64,000 nt of DNA from Nitrosopumilaceae archaeon (lineage in GTDB: Archaea; Thermoproteota; Nitrososphaeria; Nitrososphaerales; Nitrosopumilaceae): the NCBI GenBank assembly GCA_965207375.1, contig OZ242274.1:64001-128000 (forward strand), read 5' to 3'. Of this stretch, positions 52,608-62,170 are shown piece by piece. The position numbers and the translations under genes were made by a program. The notes under the pieces were generated by a model that had not been told where the DNA came from, searched no databases, and saw nothing but the letters and a program-made list of their open reading frames with translations. Each line of letters begins with the position of its first letter. Position 1 is the stretch's first letter.

Positions 52608-53354
52608 TTATGTTTTAAAATGATCCAGTACATAAGTATAAAACTCTCTGTGTGTTGAAAGCATTTTTTTACTGCCACCTTGCCTTATGTAAAAATCATC
52701 GAGAACACGTTCATGTTTTTCTGTATCATTTGATGAAATTACGAATTTGAGAGGTTTGTTAGCTTTATTCAAATTACGAAAAAACCAAGGTTTGGTACTA
52801 GATTTTATTTTAATTTCTATGATCTGTACCTCTAACACATATACAAACCTAATGTTAACGAGTGAACCAAGTGCAGTATCTGAATCTAGATATTTATCAA
52901 GAGCGTCCATTATTTTTCTTTCCAATTCGTCACATAATGTGTAATTTGATTTGTTCTTATGATCTGTAATATGGCTAAAATCATAATCAAGACCAATCAG
53001 ACGTTCCGTCAAGGTACCCGTATCACCTACTCCTATATACAAATAACCTCCATCAGAGTTCAGAAATGATTGTACTGTCTTTGGTATCACCATGGTGGAC
53101 ATTACTTTTTCTGAAAAATTTGCCTTGTTTTCTGTATATTGATCTTCATACATGATCCTTTCTTCGATTATTTTTTCGGAATTCATGATTTGAATCACAC
53201 GTCCCTTGTCGCCATTATCTAAAAGTACAGTAATTTTGTTACTGGTAGGATCTACAAGTATATGAGATACTCGACCCGTAGAGGTTTTCCTAGGATCTGA
53301 TAATAGTATTATTTCAACATAATCCCCTACATTGACGTTAAGCTTTGAACTCAC
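52608..53354 (-). CDS. YwbE(DUF2196)-like domain fused to a Schlafen/AlbA_2 domain
   Basis: N-terminal VGDYVEI...GRVSHIL...VLLDNGDKGRV; core EDQYTENK, FLNSDGGYLYIGV.D, FYIRQG. Confidence 0.78.
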   Translation of the reverse strand: MSSKLNVNVGDYVEIILLSDPRKTSTGRVSHILVDPTSNKITVLLDNGDKGRVIQIMNSEKIIEERIMYEDQYTENKANFSEKVMSTMVIPKTVQSFLNSDGGYLYIGVGDTGTLTERLIGLDYDFSHITDHKNKSNYTLCDELERKIMDALDKYLDSDTALGSLVNIRFVYVLEVQIIEIKIKSSTKPWFFRNLNKANKPLKFVISSNDTEKHERVLDDFYIRQGGSKKMLSTHREFYTYVLDHFKT

Positions 53355-53426
53355 ATAAAATCATATTCGTAGCTAGTTATTCAATGTCGTGTTTTGATTC
53401 TAGACGCATTGAATTTTACTTTTATC

Positions 53427-53800
53427 ATACTTGTTCACGTTATGACTAATTTCACAATTTGTTCAAATTATGATCACCATTAGATCTAAATCATTCTGAC
53501 TCACAAGTTGTATGGTGTGTGAGCCATCAACTACAAAAATACATAAGATCTCATGCACAATTGATCAATTCAAAATAAAATTTTCAATTTAAGGCTAAAA
53601 ATTAAGCATTTTTAATTCAAAATTTGATTATGCATAAGGTCTATACAAAAAGGAACACCGAAAAGTCATTTGTCTTGAATCCAAAGTATCAACTTTACAA
53701 AAAATTATATTACAAAAAGATGACCTTCTACTGCAAAAAGATAACAAAATTCAAGAGATGTCCAAACGTGACAATTATCATGATAATTCCAATACTCCTA
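53427..53800 (+). pseudogene. Degenerate 5' part of an IS66 element-B relative
   Basis: TACTTGTTCACGT end and DNA similarity to 43351-43622; frameshifted; interrupted by a MITE. Confidence 0.88.
53546..53642 (-). mobile_element. 97-bp MITE, copy 2 (inverted)
   Basis: Near reverse complement of copy 1; 3-bp TSD ATA. The empty site is visible in intact element B (GCATACAAAAAGG). Confidence 0.9.
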
Positions 53801-53805
53801 GTGGA

Positions 53806-54046
53806 TACTGTGCACCCCAATCAAAAAGAAAAATAGCGTAAAGCTCACAGCGGAGTAAAAAGAATACAACAAAATTCACTCACAGATTCGTGTATATGTA
53901 GAACATGCAATACGCATGGTCAAGACATGGCATATCATGGGAAACGTATACAAAAATCCACTCATAAAATACGATCGGATCAATGATAAGATGTGCGGTT
54001 TGGTAAACCGCAACGTATTGTGGCGGTTGGATCAGATGGCCTGACT
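53806..54046 (+). pseudogene. IS5/ISL2-type transposase 3' remnant
   Basis: Manual translation PIKKKNSVKLTAE*KEYNKIHSQIRVYVEHAIRMVKTWHIM...; internal stop. Confidence 0.75.
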
Positions 54047-54118
54047 GAAACAAGGCATTGGAATGGCAACAGATGCGCATAAAAAAATAATTACGGAACA
54101 CTTCTATGGTAAATACTG

Positions 54119-55669
54119 ATGAAGAACTATTCAGAATTAGAATACGCGGAACTCTTCAAAAAATTTTTTGATATTGGTGGACTTCAAGGGCCGCACAAAT
54201 GTATCTTTCTACATGCTCTTACAGACATAGGTCTGATTGATAACAACGATCTGATCGGAAAAGAATGGATTTCACAAGATGGACCCAATGTAATACTAAA
54301 TCTGAATTTTATGGCAGTCAGATTTGCGAAGGCATATCACGGCATATTGAGCTTGAATATTAAACACAGTCCTGCACACAAGAATCAACCCTCGATACTT
54401 GCTACATTTAAAGACTACACGGGGTCTGATTTTCCAACTCTGGCATACCTTGCCTCTGGAAAAATGAAATTTTTTCGAAGCAAAATAATTCGACGCGATA
54501 TAGTACTTGAGGTTTTACCCAATCTCGTAGAGCAAACCAACAAGAAAAAACCACCAGATTTTCCTGGAATGTATGATTGGGCCCGTAGAACCGACACCAT
54601 TGTATTCAAAAGAAGCTTGGTTGATTTTATGAAATCAAAACGGAGCTATCTGAGATATGAATTAGGAAAAAAACTAAAGAATTATTTGGAGGAATTGAAT
54701 CCCGGTAAAGAAATCTCGAGAACTTTTGTGGATACTGACAACCCGTTCTATCAGTATGTGATGGGACAACAAAGAGTGTTTTTGGCAGGTGTTGAGCGTG
54801 AGACGGAAGTGCGACGGTTTGAGCAGTTTATGGAGACTGATGTAAAGATGGAGCATGTGACCTGTGTTGACTCGCCGGTGCGAGTGTGGGGGCTACGATC
54901 TACCCGTGACAACAAAGAGGTGTGGAAAAAAATCAGGTACGGGGATATCATTTTATTCTCAAACAACAATCAATGTTTTGCCAAGGGGAGGGTCCTACAG
55001 ACTATGCAAAATGCTGATGAGGCAGAACGTTTGTGGGGTAAGGATGATAAACCCATCCGTGATCTTTTAATCATGTTCGAGAATGTTGCTGCCATGCAAT
55101 TGAATTTGGTAGACTCTCGTACACGACTAGTCAAACCTACAATGCCTGACGAGTACAACTTTCCAATCATTCAAGTAGATGAAGGGCTTGTGGCTGAGCT
55201 GATTTCTGCTTATCATGACATCGAGACAGCAATGGATAATGTATCCGAGCCAATAGAGGATGATATTCACAATGTGTCCGTTTCATTGATGGAGAGAAAG
55301 ACCAAGGTACGGAGGGGACAGGGTGCATTCAGAGCAGAAGTATTGAAGAACTATGACAAGAGATGCGTCGTATGCGACATAAACGAAAAGGACTTGCTAG
55401 AGGCAAGCCATATACTTCCTGTTAGAAACCTCGAGTCTGCTGGCAATATCAAAAACGGAATATGTCTATGTGTTCTACATCACAAAATGTTTGATCAACG
55501 ATACATGTATTTTGACACCGACTATGCCTTGAAATTTATGAGTAAAACGTCACAATATCTGCAAGATACTTGCACTAAGATGAAAATCACCGAATCAATG
55601 TGCCGTGAAATGCCATCCAAGGAATACCTAGAAAAATCATCCCGTCTCGTTAGGTGCCAAGAATCATGA
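54119..55669 (+). CDS. Multi-domain HNH endonuclease (possible SBD-like + PUA/EVE-like + HNH)
   Basis: C-terminal RRGQGAFR..V...Y..RCVVC...LEASHILP...NGICLCVLHHKMFD; central VWG...W..IRYGDIILF; N-terminal PHK.IFL.AL. Confidence 0.85.
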   Translation: MKNYSELEYAELFKKFFDIGGLQGPHKCIFLHALTDIGLIDNNDLIGKEWISQDGPNVILNLNFMAVRFAKAYHGILSLNIKHSPAHKNQPSILATFKDYTGSDFPTLAYLASGKMKFFRSKIIRRDIVLEVLPNLVEQTNKKKPPDFPGMYDWARRTDTIVFKRSLVDFMKSKRSYLRYELGKKLKNYLEELNPGKEISRTFVDTDNPFYQYVMGQQRVFLAGVERETEVRRFEQFMETDVKMEHVTCVDSPVRVWGLRSTRDNKEVWKKIRYGDIILFSNNNQCFAKGRVLQTMQNADEAERLWGKDDKPIRDLLIMFENVAAMQLNLVDSRTRLVKPTMPDEYNFPIIQVDEGLVAELISAYHDIETAMDNVSEPIEDDIHNVSVSLMERKTKVRRGQGAFRAEVLKNYDKRCVVCDINEKDLLEASHILPVRNLESAGNIKNGICLCVLHHKMFDQRYMYFDTDYALKFMSKTSQYLQDTCTKMKITESMCREMPSKEYLEKSSRLVRCQES

Positions 55670-55691
55670 TATGTAAGGGCAGACACTAGAC

Positions 55692-57806
55692 ATGACACTA
55701 AACATGCCTGACTGGCCAAAATCCAGATATGACTCTAGACTAAACAACATAGCTACGGAATTTTTCATTCGGGCACTGCAAAACTCCACCACCTATAGGC
55801 GACTGGGAGGGTTTTTTTCTTCCACAAGCCTTGCATTGGCCGCACGTGGAATAAAGGAACTGATTAAGAACGAGGGCAAGATGCAGCTCGTGGTCAGTCC
55901 CATACTCACGAAGGAGGATTCATACATGCTAAATGATTGCACGTCAGAGCAACGGGATGACATCATTAACAAATCACTCCTTGAAGAATTTGATCTTGCA
56001 GACGAATTTGAGAAGAATCATGTTGCCGCCCTAGCATACCTGCTGAAAAAAGAGTTCTTGGAGATAAGAATAGACATTCCAAAGGACATTGAAGGCAGAT
56101 GTCTTGACTATGATTCCATGATGCAGAAAAACATGCTTGATGAAAAGCTTGGGATCTTCCAAGATCGAGAGGGTAATGCAATTTCCTTTAGGGGACCAGT
56201 GAATGAAAACAGGCAGAGCTGGGAACATGGTGTGTTCTCTATAACAGTAGATGTGGATTGGATCGACGGACAAAAGTCCCACGTCCTTGACGACATTGAC
56301 CGATTTGAGAAAAAATGGAACGACAATAACATATTGAGACTGCCCCAGAAGACGCACGACAGCATAGTAGCCAATGCACCAAGCGACGTGCAAGAGATCG
56401 ACTTGGACAAGTTCAACGTCCCTCCATGGGCCATGCTGTCAAACGGAAACATACTATGGGATCACCAGATACGAGCAGTCAACTCTTGGACGAATTCAGA
56501 TTATCGCGGAGTATTGAGCATGGCAACCGGCGGAGGCAAGACCCTGTCGGCGCTAGTATCGGCAAGCCTTGTGCCTGTAGATTCATTAGTATTGATACTG
56601 GTTCCGACCAAGGTACTGATAGACCAATGGGAAAAAGAGATACGCCTGTTTGAACCCGACGCAGATCTGATTTTATGTGACAGCACCCATGCCACGTGGA
56701 ATACAATCCTGTCAGGTAAGTTGATTCCATATGTGACAGGAAACCCCAAACGAGACAAACCACTATTCGTTTTATCCACCATGAACACCGCTTCAGGCGA
56801 AAAATTCAGGAGGAGTTTTGAACACATCAAAAAAGAATTTATCACCATGATTTCAGATGAGGTGCACCATCTTGGAGCTCCCGAATATAGCAAGATCTTC
56901 GAGATCAATGCGCAAAGAAGACTCGGGCTTAGCGCAACGTTTACACGGGATTGGGACGAAATTGGAACGCGCAGAATACTGGATTACTTTGGCCATCAGC
57001 TTGACGGGGAGTATACCATCTCAGATGGGATACGTGATCGGAAACTTAGTCGTTATGAATATCATCCCTTTTTGGCATATTTGGATGAATCAGAGTATGA
57101 TGAATATGCAGGATATTCAGTCAGCATAGGAATGCTGTATGCCAGATTGAGTAACACAAAAGATCCAGTCATACGGTTCGAACTTGAGAAAAAATATCAC
57201 AAACTCCTAAGGGACAGGGCCGAGATAATCAAGAAAACCAAAGACAAGCTACGCGCATATTCCGAGATACTCCTAACGTCGCCAAAAAAACCCTACATTG
57301 TATTTGCAGATGACCACGATCAAGTGGCAAAGCTAAAGAAGGTTCACAAGGACACCATACGCCAGATTAATCTACAGAGATCAGATGACTTGGAGAAAGA
57401 TGACATAATGACGTTTTCTGGCAAGTTAAACGATATCGAACGGCTAAAAATACTCAAAGAGTCTAAATCCAACAAAACACCCCTGTTTGCAATGTATTGC
57501 CTAGACGAGGGAGTGGACGTTCCAGAGTTTCAGTCTGCTATACTGGTGTCTAGTTCCACCAGCAAGAGGCAGTACATACAGAGACGCGGGCGGATTCTCC
57601 GGACTGGCAGGCAGAAGGTGGCACATCTGTATGACATAATAGCCCTACCAAACCCCCATTCATATCACGTCGACCCAGACGATGCCAAGACCATAGTAAG
57701 GAAAGAAAAGGATAGAGTGAACGAGCTTGCGCGAGATGCAGTTAACAAATGGGTGGCAATAGGAAAAATAGACGAAAGTCTCCGCGATCTCGGTTTCCTA
57801 TCATAA
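55692..57806 (+). CDS. pbeA: PbeA-like PLD-domain SF2 helicase (phosphorothioation-associated)
   Basis: Y.R..GFFSS, degenerate PLD motif LDEKLGIFQD...FRGPVNE, MATGGGKT, DEVHH, GLSAT, CLDEGVDVP, QYIQRRGRILR. Confidence 0.82.
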   Translation: MTLNMPDWPKSRYDSRLNNIATEFFIRALQNSTTYRRLGGFFSSTSLALAARGIKELIKNEGKMQLVVSPILTKEDSYMLNDCTSEQRDDIINKSLLEEFDLADEFEKNHVAALAYLLKKEFLEIRIDIPKDIEGRCLDYDSMMQKNMLDEKLGIFQDREGNAISFRGPVNENRQSWEHGVFSITVDVDWIDGQKSHVLDDIDRFEKKWNDNNILRLPQKTHDSIVANAPSDVQEIDLDKFNVPPWAMLSNGNILWDHQIRAVNSWTNSDYRGVLSMATGGGKTLSALVSASLVPVDSLVLILVPTKVLIDQWEKEIRLFEPDADLILCDSTHATWNTILSGKLIPYVTGNPKRDKPLFVLSTMNTASGEKFRRSFEHIKKEFITMISDEVHHLGAPEYSKIFEINAQRRLGLSATFTRDWDEIGTRRILDYFGHQLDGEYTISDGIRDRKLSRYEYHPFLAYLDESEYDEYAGYSVSIGMLYARLSNTKDPVIRFELEKKYHKLLRDRAEIIKKTKDKLRAYSEILLTSPKKPYIVFADDHDQVAKLKKVHKDTIRQINLQRSDDLEKDDIMTFSGKLNDIERLKILKESKSNKTPLFAMYCLDEGVDVPEFQSAILVSSSTSKRQYIQRRGRILRTGRQKVAHLYDIIALPNPHSYHVDPDDAKTIVRKEKDRVNELARDAVNKWVAIGKIDESLRDLGFLS

Positions 57807-57840
57807 ACAAGTTTAAAAAAACCACTACCAAGCAGATATT

Positions 57841-58026
57841 ATGCCTGATGCCTATGATGAGATAATAAAGATCCTAACGGACGTGGAAGCCGAAAACAAG
57901 ATTCCCGCTGGAACACTGAAAAGCATCTACGAGACGGAGAAGGCAGTAGTGCATCTAAGGGTGCGGGATAACATACACGACCATCTACAGGGCTTAGTGT
58001 CTGATGCTGCAGGGAAGATGAACTAG
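57841..58026 (+). CDS. pbeB: PbeB-like small protein
   Basis: 61 aa between the helicase and the SMC-like ATPase (1-bp gap); assigned by position. Confidence 0.6.
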   Translation: MPDAYDEIIKILTDVEAENKIPAGTLKSIYETEKAVVHLRVRDNIHDHLQGLVSDAAGKMN

Positions 58027-58027
58027 G

Positions 58028-59974
58028 ATGTTGTTTAGAGGCATAGAGATTTGCAATTTTGGCAGATATGCTGGAACCAATTTTTTTGACACCACTGTGA
58101 CTGACGACAGGAATGTAATACTGGTCAAGGCCAACAACGACCGTGGCAAGACCACACTGTTCCAGGCAATCAAGTTTGCCATGTACGGCGATGAGGGAAT
58201 ACGTCCCAAATCCACAAGTGACTGGATAAATCTCCAAAAGGCTTCAGAGGGGGACGGTGAGATGCACGTGGAAATAAAATTCGATCACGAAGGATACGCG
58301 TACAGGCTAAGACGCCTTGTCAAGTTTAGAAAAACCGAAAGAGGAAAGGAGATTGCAACTGTGGGTAATCCGTCGGTGGAGATCTTTAAGAATGATAACC
58401 CCCATATGACTGGAGACTCCGACTCTAACAAGAGGGACTGGATAGATACGATTCTGCCAAAGGACGCAAGCCAGTTTTTCTTTTTTGATGGTGAAGAGAT
58501 TCAAAAGTACATACATCATGAGGAGTCCCACGTAAAACAGGCCATAGAGAAGGTCCTCGGAATTAAGGAATTGCTCAACGCCAAAGAGGACATGTATGAG
58601 ATTTTTGAACGCTTTCAGACAGAATACGACAGAAACATCCGAAAACATGCAAAGGACGAAAAATCCCGAAACGAACTGGAGAGGATAAAAAACGAATTGA
58701 AAAACGCCGATGAATTCATCGAAGCTCAACAAAGGTTCCAAAACGGTGCAGAGGCAGAAAAAAACAGACTGGACAAGGAACAAAAAAAATATGAGAACAT
58801 AAAAGTAACCGTAGATGCACGCGACACGGCAGAGAGAGAGTTGGAAAATCAGAAAAAACTACTGCACGCCAACAAGAAGGAACTTACTGCGACTAGGGGA
58901 AACACCAGTCTTATTCTGTTATCCCCGCTCCTTGAGATCATCCACAGGACCGAGGAGGATCCGCCATCAGTGGATCGGTGGCAGTCAGAGACAATTAGGT
59001 ACATACTTAGCAACTTTGACCAATGCGTGTGTGACAGGCCGATCGATCAACATGTGCGAGATGTATTCAATACCAAGATTCTGGATATAAAACCATCAAA
59101 AACATCAATTATCAAAAAATCGGTAAACAACATGCTCATCGAGCACGAACCTGCCGCAAAATGGGTACGGCTCCAAGAAAACCTAGAAAAGGCGGCTGAC
59201 ATAATGCAGGAAATCGACAAACAAAAAAGCACAATCAAAGACCTGAACAGGCAGATCCGGAACAATGAAAGCACCCAGGCCATAAAGGAATTACAACAGA
59301 AGTACGAGGAAATCGTTAAAGATATCGGCGTGTCAGAAAAGAAACTCGAACAGTACAAAGCTACAAAATCAAAACTGGAAAATCAGAAAAAAACCATAGA
59401 CGCACGCATAAACGCCAGTGTAGTAGATACTCAGCTGACCTTGGCCACACGAAGAAAAGACACCTGCCAAACAGTGATGGAATGTATACATCAAAGCATA
59501 GAAAAGTTCTACGAGATAAGAAAACCAGATCTTGAAGCGCACATATCGAAGATCTTCTCTTCCCTCACCAACAATCCCGATATGTACAAGGGATTGAAAA
59601 TAGACAGGAACTTTAACATGAGGGTGATAAGAAACGACGGTACGGAGCTTCCCACATTCAAGTACAGCCCCAGCGCTGGTGCATCGCAGATAGTTGCCAC
59701 GTCTATGATTGGAGGACTGAACAAATTTGCCACGCGTGACGCCCCAGTCGTCATAGACACTCCCATGGGACGGCTTGATCCAGAACACAGAAAGAACCTG
59801 ATAAGTTATTACTCCAAAATGAGCAAGCAGATAATTATACTGTATCAGCCAAGTGAATTGGAAGATGAAGACATACAAAACATCAATGACAGCCTTGCGT
59901 CAGAGTGGGAGATAGACTCGCAACCAGATCATCCGGACTTGTCATGCATACACAGAGCGAGGTCACACATATGA
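58028..59974 (+). CDS. pbeC: PbeC-like SMC/Rad50-type ATPase (DndD paralogue)
   Basis: NFGRY, ANNDRGKTT, FFFFDGEEI, coiled coil with CVC hook, SAGASQ, IDTPMGRLD. Confidence 0.8.
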   Translation: MLFRGIEICNFGRYAGTNFFDTTVTDDRNVILVKANNDRGKTTLFQAIKFAMYGDEGIRPKSTSDWINLQKASEGDGEMHVEIKFDHEGYAYRLRRLVKFRKTERGKEIATVGNPSVEIFKNDNPHMTGDSDSNKRDWIDTILPKDASQFFFFDGEEIQKYIHHEESHVKQAIEKVLGIKELLNAKEDMYEIFERFQTEYDRNIRKHAKDEKSRNELERIKNELKNADEFIEAQQRFQNGAEAEKNRLDKEQKKYENIKVTVDARDTAERELENQKKLLHANKKELTATRGNTSLILLSPLLEIIHRTEEDPPSVDRWQSETIRYILSNFDQCVCDRPIDQHVRDVFNTKILDIKPSKTSIIKKSVNNMLIEHEPAAKWVRLQENLEKAADIMQEIDKQKSTIKDLNRQIRNNESTQAIKELQQKYEEIVKDIGVSEKKLEQYKATKSKLENQKKTIDARINASVVDTQLTLATRRKDTCQTVMECIHQSIEKFYEIRKPDLEAHISKIFSSLTNNPDMYKGLKIDRNFNMRVIRNDGTELPTFKYSPSAGASQIVATSMIGGLNKFATRDAPVVIDTPMGRLDPEHRKNLISYYSKMSKQIIILYQPSELEDEDIQNINDSLASEWEIDSQPDHPDLSCIHRARSHI

Positions 59975-60423
59975 GTGGCGACTCACCCGATGAATCTTGG
60001 TGTATCTCGGGCGATCCGTTGGAGATAAAGTCCGCCCTAAAGGAGGTGTATGACGACCTAGTAGAGGGTGAAGGATTATTCCCCAACAACTATTCCCTGT
60101 TCTGTGTTGGCCTAGTGTATGGGGTGTTGTACAAAAAACGACACGAGGTAAGGCCGACGGCCTCATTCATCAAGCTCTTCGCGATAACCGATCCTGTGAG
60201 CAAGGACGTGATCGACTTGATCTACCGCCTTCTCGACGATGGACAGTGTGACAAAAACGAGATCTGGCAGGAGATGCTCTCGATTGCAGACGGTGGAGTC
60301 TTGGCACTAAATGACATATACAAGGCAAACAAGAACTTTACCATCCCACATCTGCTTGAGGAGGCAAGAAAACTGTGGCAATCCAGAACCAAAGATCTTC
60401 ACAACTTGAACCTCCGTGCATGA
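59971..60423 (+). CDS. pbeD: PbeD-like protein
   Basis: ATGA overlap with the pbeC stop; last gene of the operon; assigned by position. Confidence 0.6.
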   Translation: MSGDSPDESWCISGDPLEIKSALKEVYDDLVEGEGLFPNNYSLFCVGLVYGVLYKKRHEVRPTASFIKLFAITDPVSKDVIDLIYRLLDDGQCDKNEIWQEMLSIADGGVLALNDIYKANKNFTIPHLLEEARKLWQSRTKDLHNLNLRA

Positions 60424-60477
60424 TCGCAGACTACTTTTTAGTAGACGGACAGTAGCGCGACCTTGCCTAAACTGGTG

Positions 60478-60547
60478 AAAAATGCGATAAATTTTATGCC
60501 TTAAATTGAAAATTTTATTTCGAATTGATCAATGGTGCATGAGGTCT
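60478..60547 (+). mobile_element. MITE copy 3 (partial, right end)
   Basis: GCCTTAAATTGAAAATTTTATTTCGAATTGATCAATGGTGCATGAGGTCT followed by ACTGTT, as in copy 1. Confidence 0.75.
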
Positions 60548-60629
60548 ACTGTTTCAATCTATATCAAATATAAAATTGCACAATAAACAATTCGAAAATC
60601 AATGTGATTGACTATAGAATTTTTCACTG

Positions 60630-61004
60630 TCATTTTTTGTTGTTTAATTGATAACTAACACAATGTTCATTAAATTTTTTTTCTGTCAGACTAATTACCA
60701 TGTCTTTTAGATCTTCATATTTTTGTCTGGAAATTTCTAATATGAATGAATTTTCTGATGGTGTCGGCATTCGGTTAAATTCTTCTAAAAATCGAGTAAA
60801 AAGTATACCCTCCAAACATCCTAGATAATAATGTAAATATGCCAGTTCATATGAAACCTTGTTATTTTTAATTAAAACTAGACTTTGAGCAATATTTGGA
60901 TAAGACTCCCCTTCAATGGCATTCATCCGTTCAACTGTTTTATCATAAGCGAAATCCAAAAGAATTTCAATTTTCATTTTTGTATCTAAATCAGGCATAA
61001 ACAC
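60630..61004 (-). CDS. Hypothetical helical protein downstream of dndA
   Basis: 124 aa; 4-bp gap after the dndA stop. Confidence 0.7.
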   Translation of the reverse strand: MFMPDLDTKMKIEILLDFAYDKTVERMNAIEGESYPNIAQSLVLIKNNKVSYELAYLHYYLGCLEGILFTRFLEEFNRMPTPSENSFILEISRQKYEDLKDMVISLTEKKFNEHCVSYQLNNKK

Positions 61005-61008
61005 AACC

Positions 61009-62169
61009 TCATGTTACCATACTCATTAGTGATTGTATCACTTTAGATATAGTCTTAATACAGTAATTAACATCTTCTTTACTATTGAATCGCCCTAATC
61101 CGATACGTATTGAAGAATGTACATGCGCCTCATTATATCCAAGAGAAAGTAACACGTATGACGGTTCCACCATCTGAGTAGTACATGCAGAACCAGCAGA
61201 TATGGCAATCTCTTTTGATACTGAATTAATTATTGCCTTGCTCTCCACATCTGGAAAATACATATTAAGATTATGAGCTAGTCGGTTTGTTGGATGACCA
61301 TTTAATTTTCCACCAATCTTTTCAAATTCAGTTAGCATCAAATCTGACCATTCTTTGAATCGTTTATTTTCTGAATCCATCTCTTTTTGTGCAATTTCAG
61401 ATGCCTTGCCAAAACCAACAATTCCCGGAACATTCAAAGTACCAGAGCGGATATTTCTCTCCTGTCCTCCTCCAAACATTATAGAATCAGGCCTTACTCG
61501 TGGTTTTATTCCGCGCACATAAAGGGCACCTACACCCTTGGGACCATACATCTTGTGTGCAGAAAAGGACATCAGATCTATATTCATCTTCTCAACATTA
61601 ATTGGAATATGTCCTACTGCCTGTGCTGCATCTGTATGAAAAATAACATTGTTCTCATGGGCTATCTTTCCGATGGCAGTCACATCTGCAATCGTACCAA
61701 TCTCATTGTTTGCAGTCATTATGCTAATCATTACCGTATCATCAGTAATTGCAGATTCGAGTTCCTCAAGATTGATTTGGCCATACGAATTTACCGGCAA
61801 ATAGGTCACTTTTTTCCCAATAGCCTCCAAATGTCTTGCCGTATCAAGTACTGCCTTGTGTTCTGTTACACAGGTAATCAGATGATTACCTCGATTTTCA
61901 TATTTTTCCATGGTTCCAATTAATGCAATATTGTTTGATTCAGTAGCACCTGATGTGAATATAATCTCATCATGTCTTGCCCCAACTGCATTTGCTATTG
62001 TCTCCCTTGCAGATTCGACTGCCACAGATGCCTCATATCCAAAAGGATGATCCAAGCTTGAGGCATTACCGAATTTTTCTGTAAGGTATGGCATCATGGC
62101 ATCTAATACGCGCCGATCAAGTGGCGTGGTTGCATGATGATCAAGGTATATGACCTTAGAACCAGACAT
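61009..62169 (-). CDS. dndA: Cysteine desulfurase DndA
   Basis: YLDHHATTP, TSGATES, SAHKMYGPKG, SAGSACT; directly after dndE. Confidence 0.9.
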   Translation of the reverse strand: MSGSKVIYLDHHATTPLDRRVLDAMMPYLTEKFGNASSLDHPFGYEASVAVESARETIANAVGARHDEIIFTSGATESNNIALIGTMEKYENRGNHLITCVTEHKAVLDTARHLEAIGKKVTYLPVNSYGQINLEELESAITDDTVMISIMTANNEIGTIADVTAIGKIAHENNVIFHTDAAQAVGHIPINVEKMNIDLMSFSAHKMYGPKGVGALYVRGIKPRVRPDSIMFGGGQERNIRSGTLNVPGIVGFGKASEIAQKEMDSENKRFKEWSDLMLTEFEKIGGKLNGHPTNRLAHNLNMYFPDVESKAIINSVSKEIAISAGSACTTQMVEPSYVLLSLGYNEAHVHSSIRIGLGRFNSKEDVNYCIKTISKVIQSLMSMVT

Positions 62170-62170
62170 A

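Noticed and set aside
58028-59974. Housekeeping Rad50/SbcC or a second dndD
   Set aside because: No Mre11/SbcD neighbour; its position after a PLD-helicase and a small ORF fits PbeC; the true DndD motifs are at 62544-64000.
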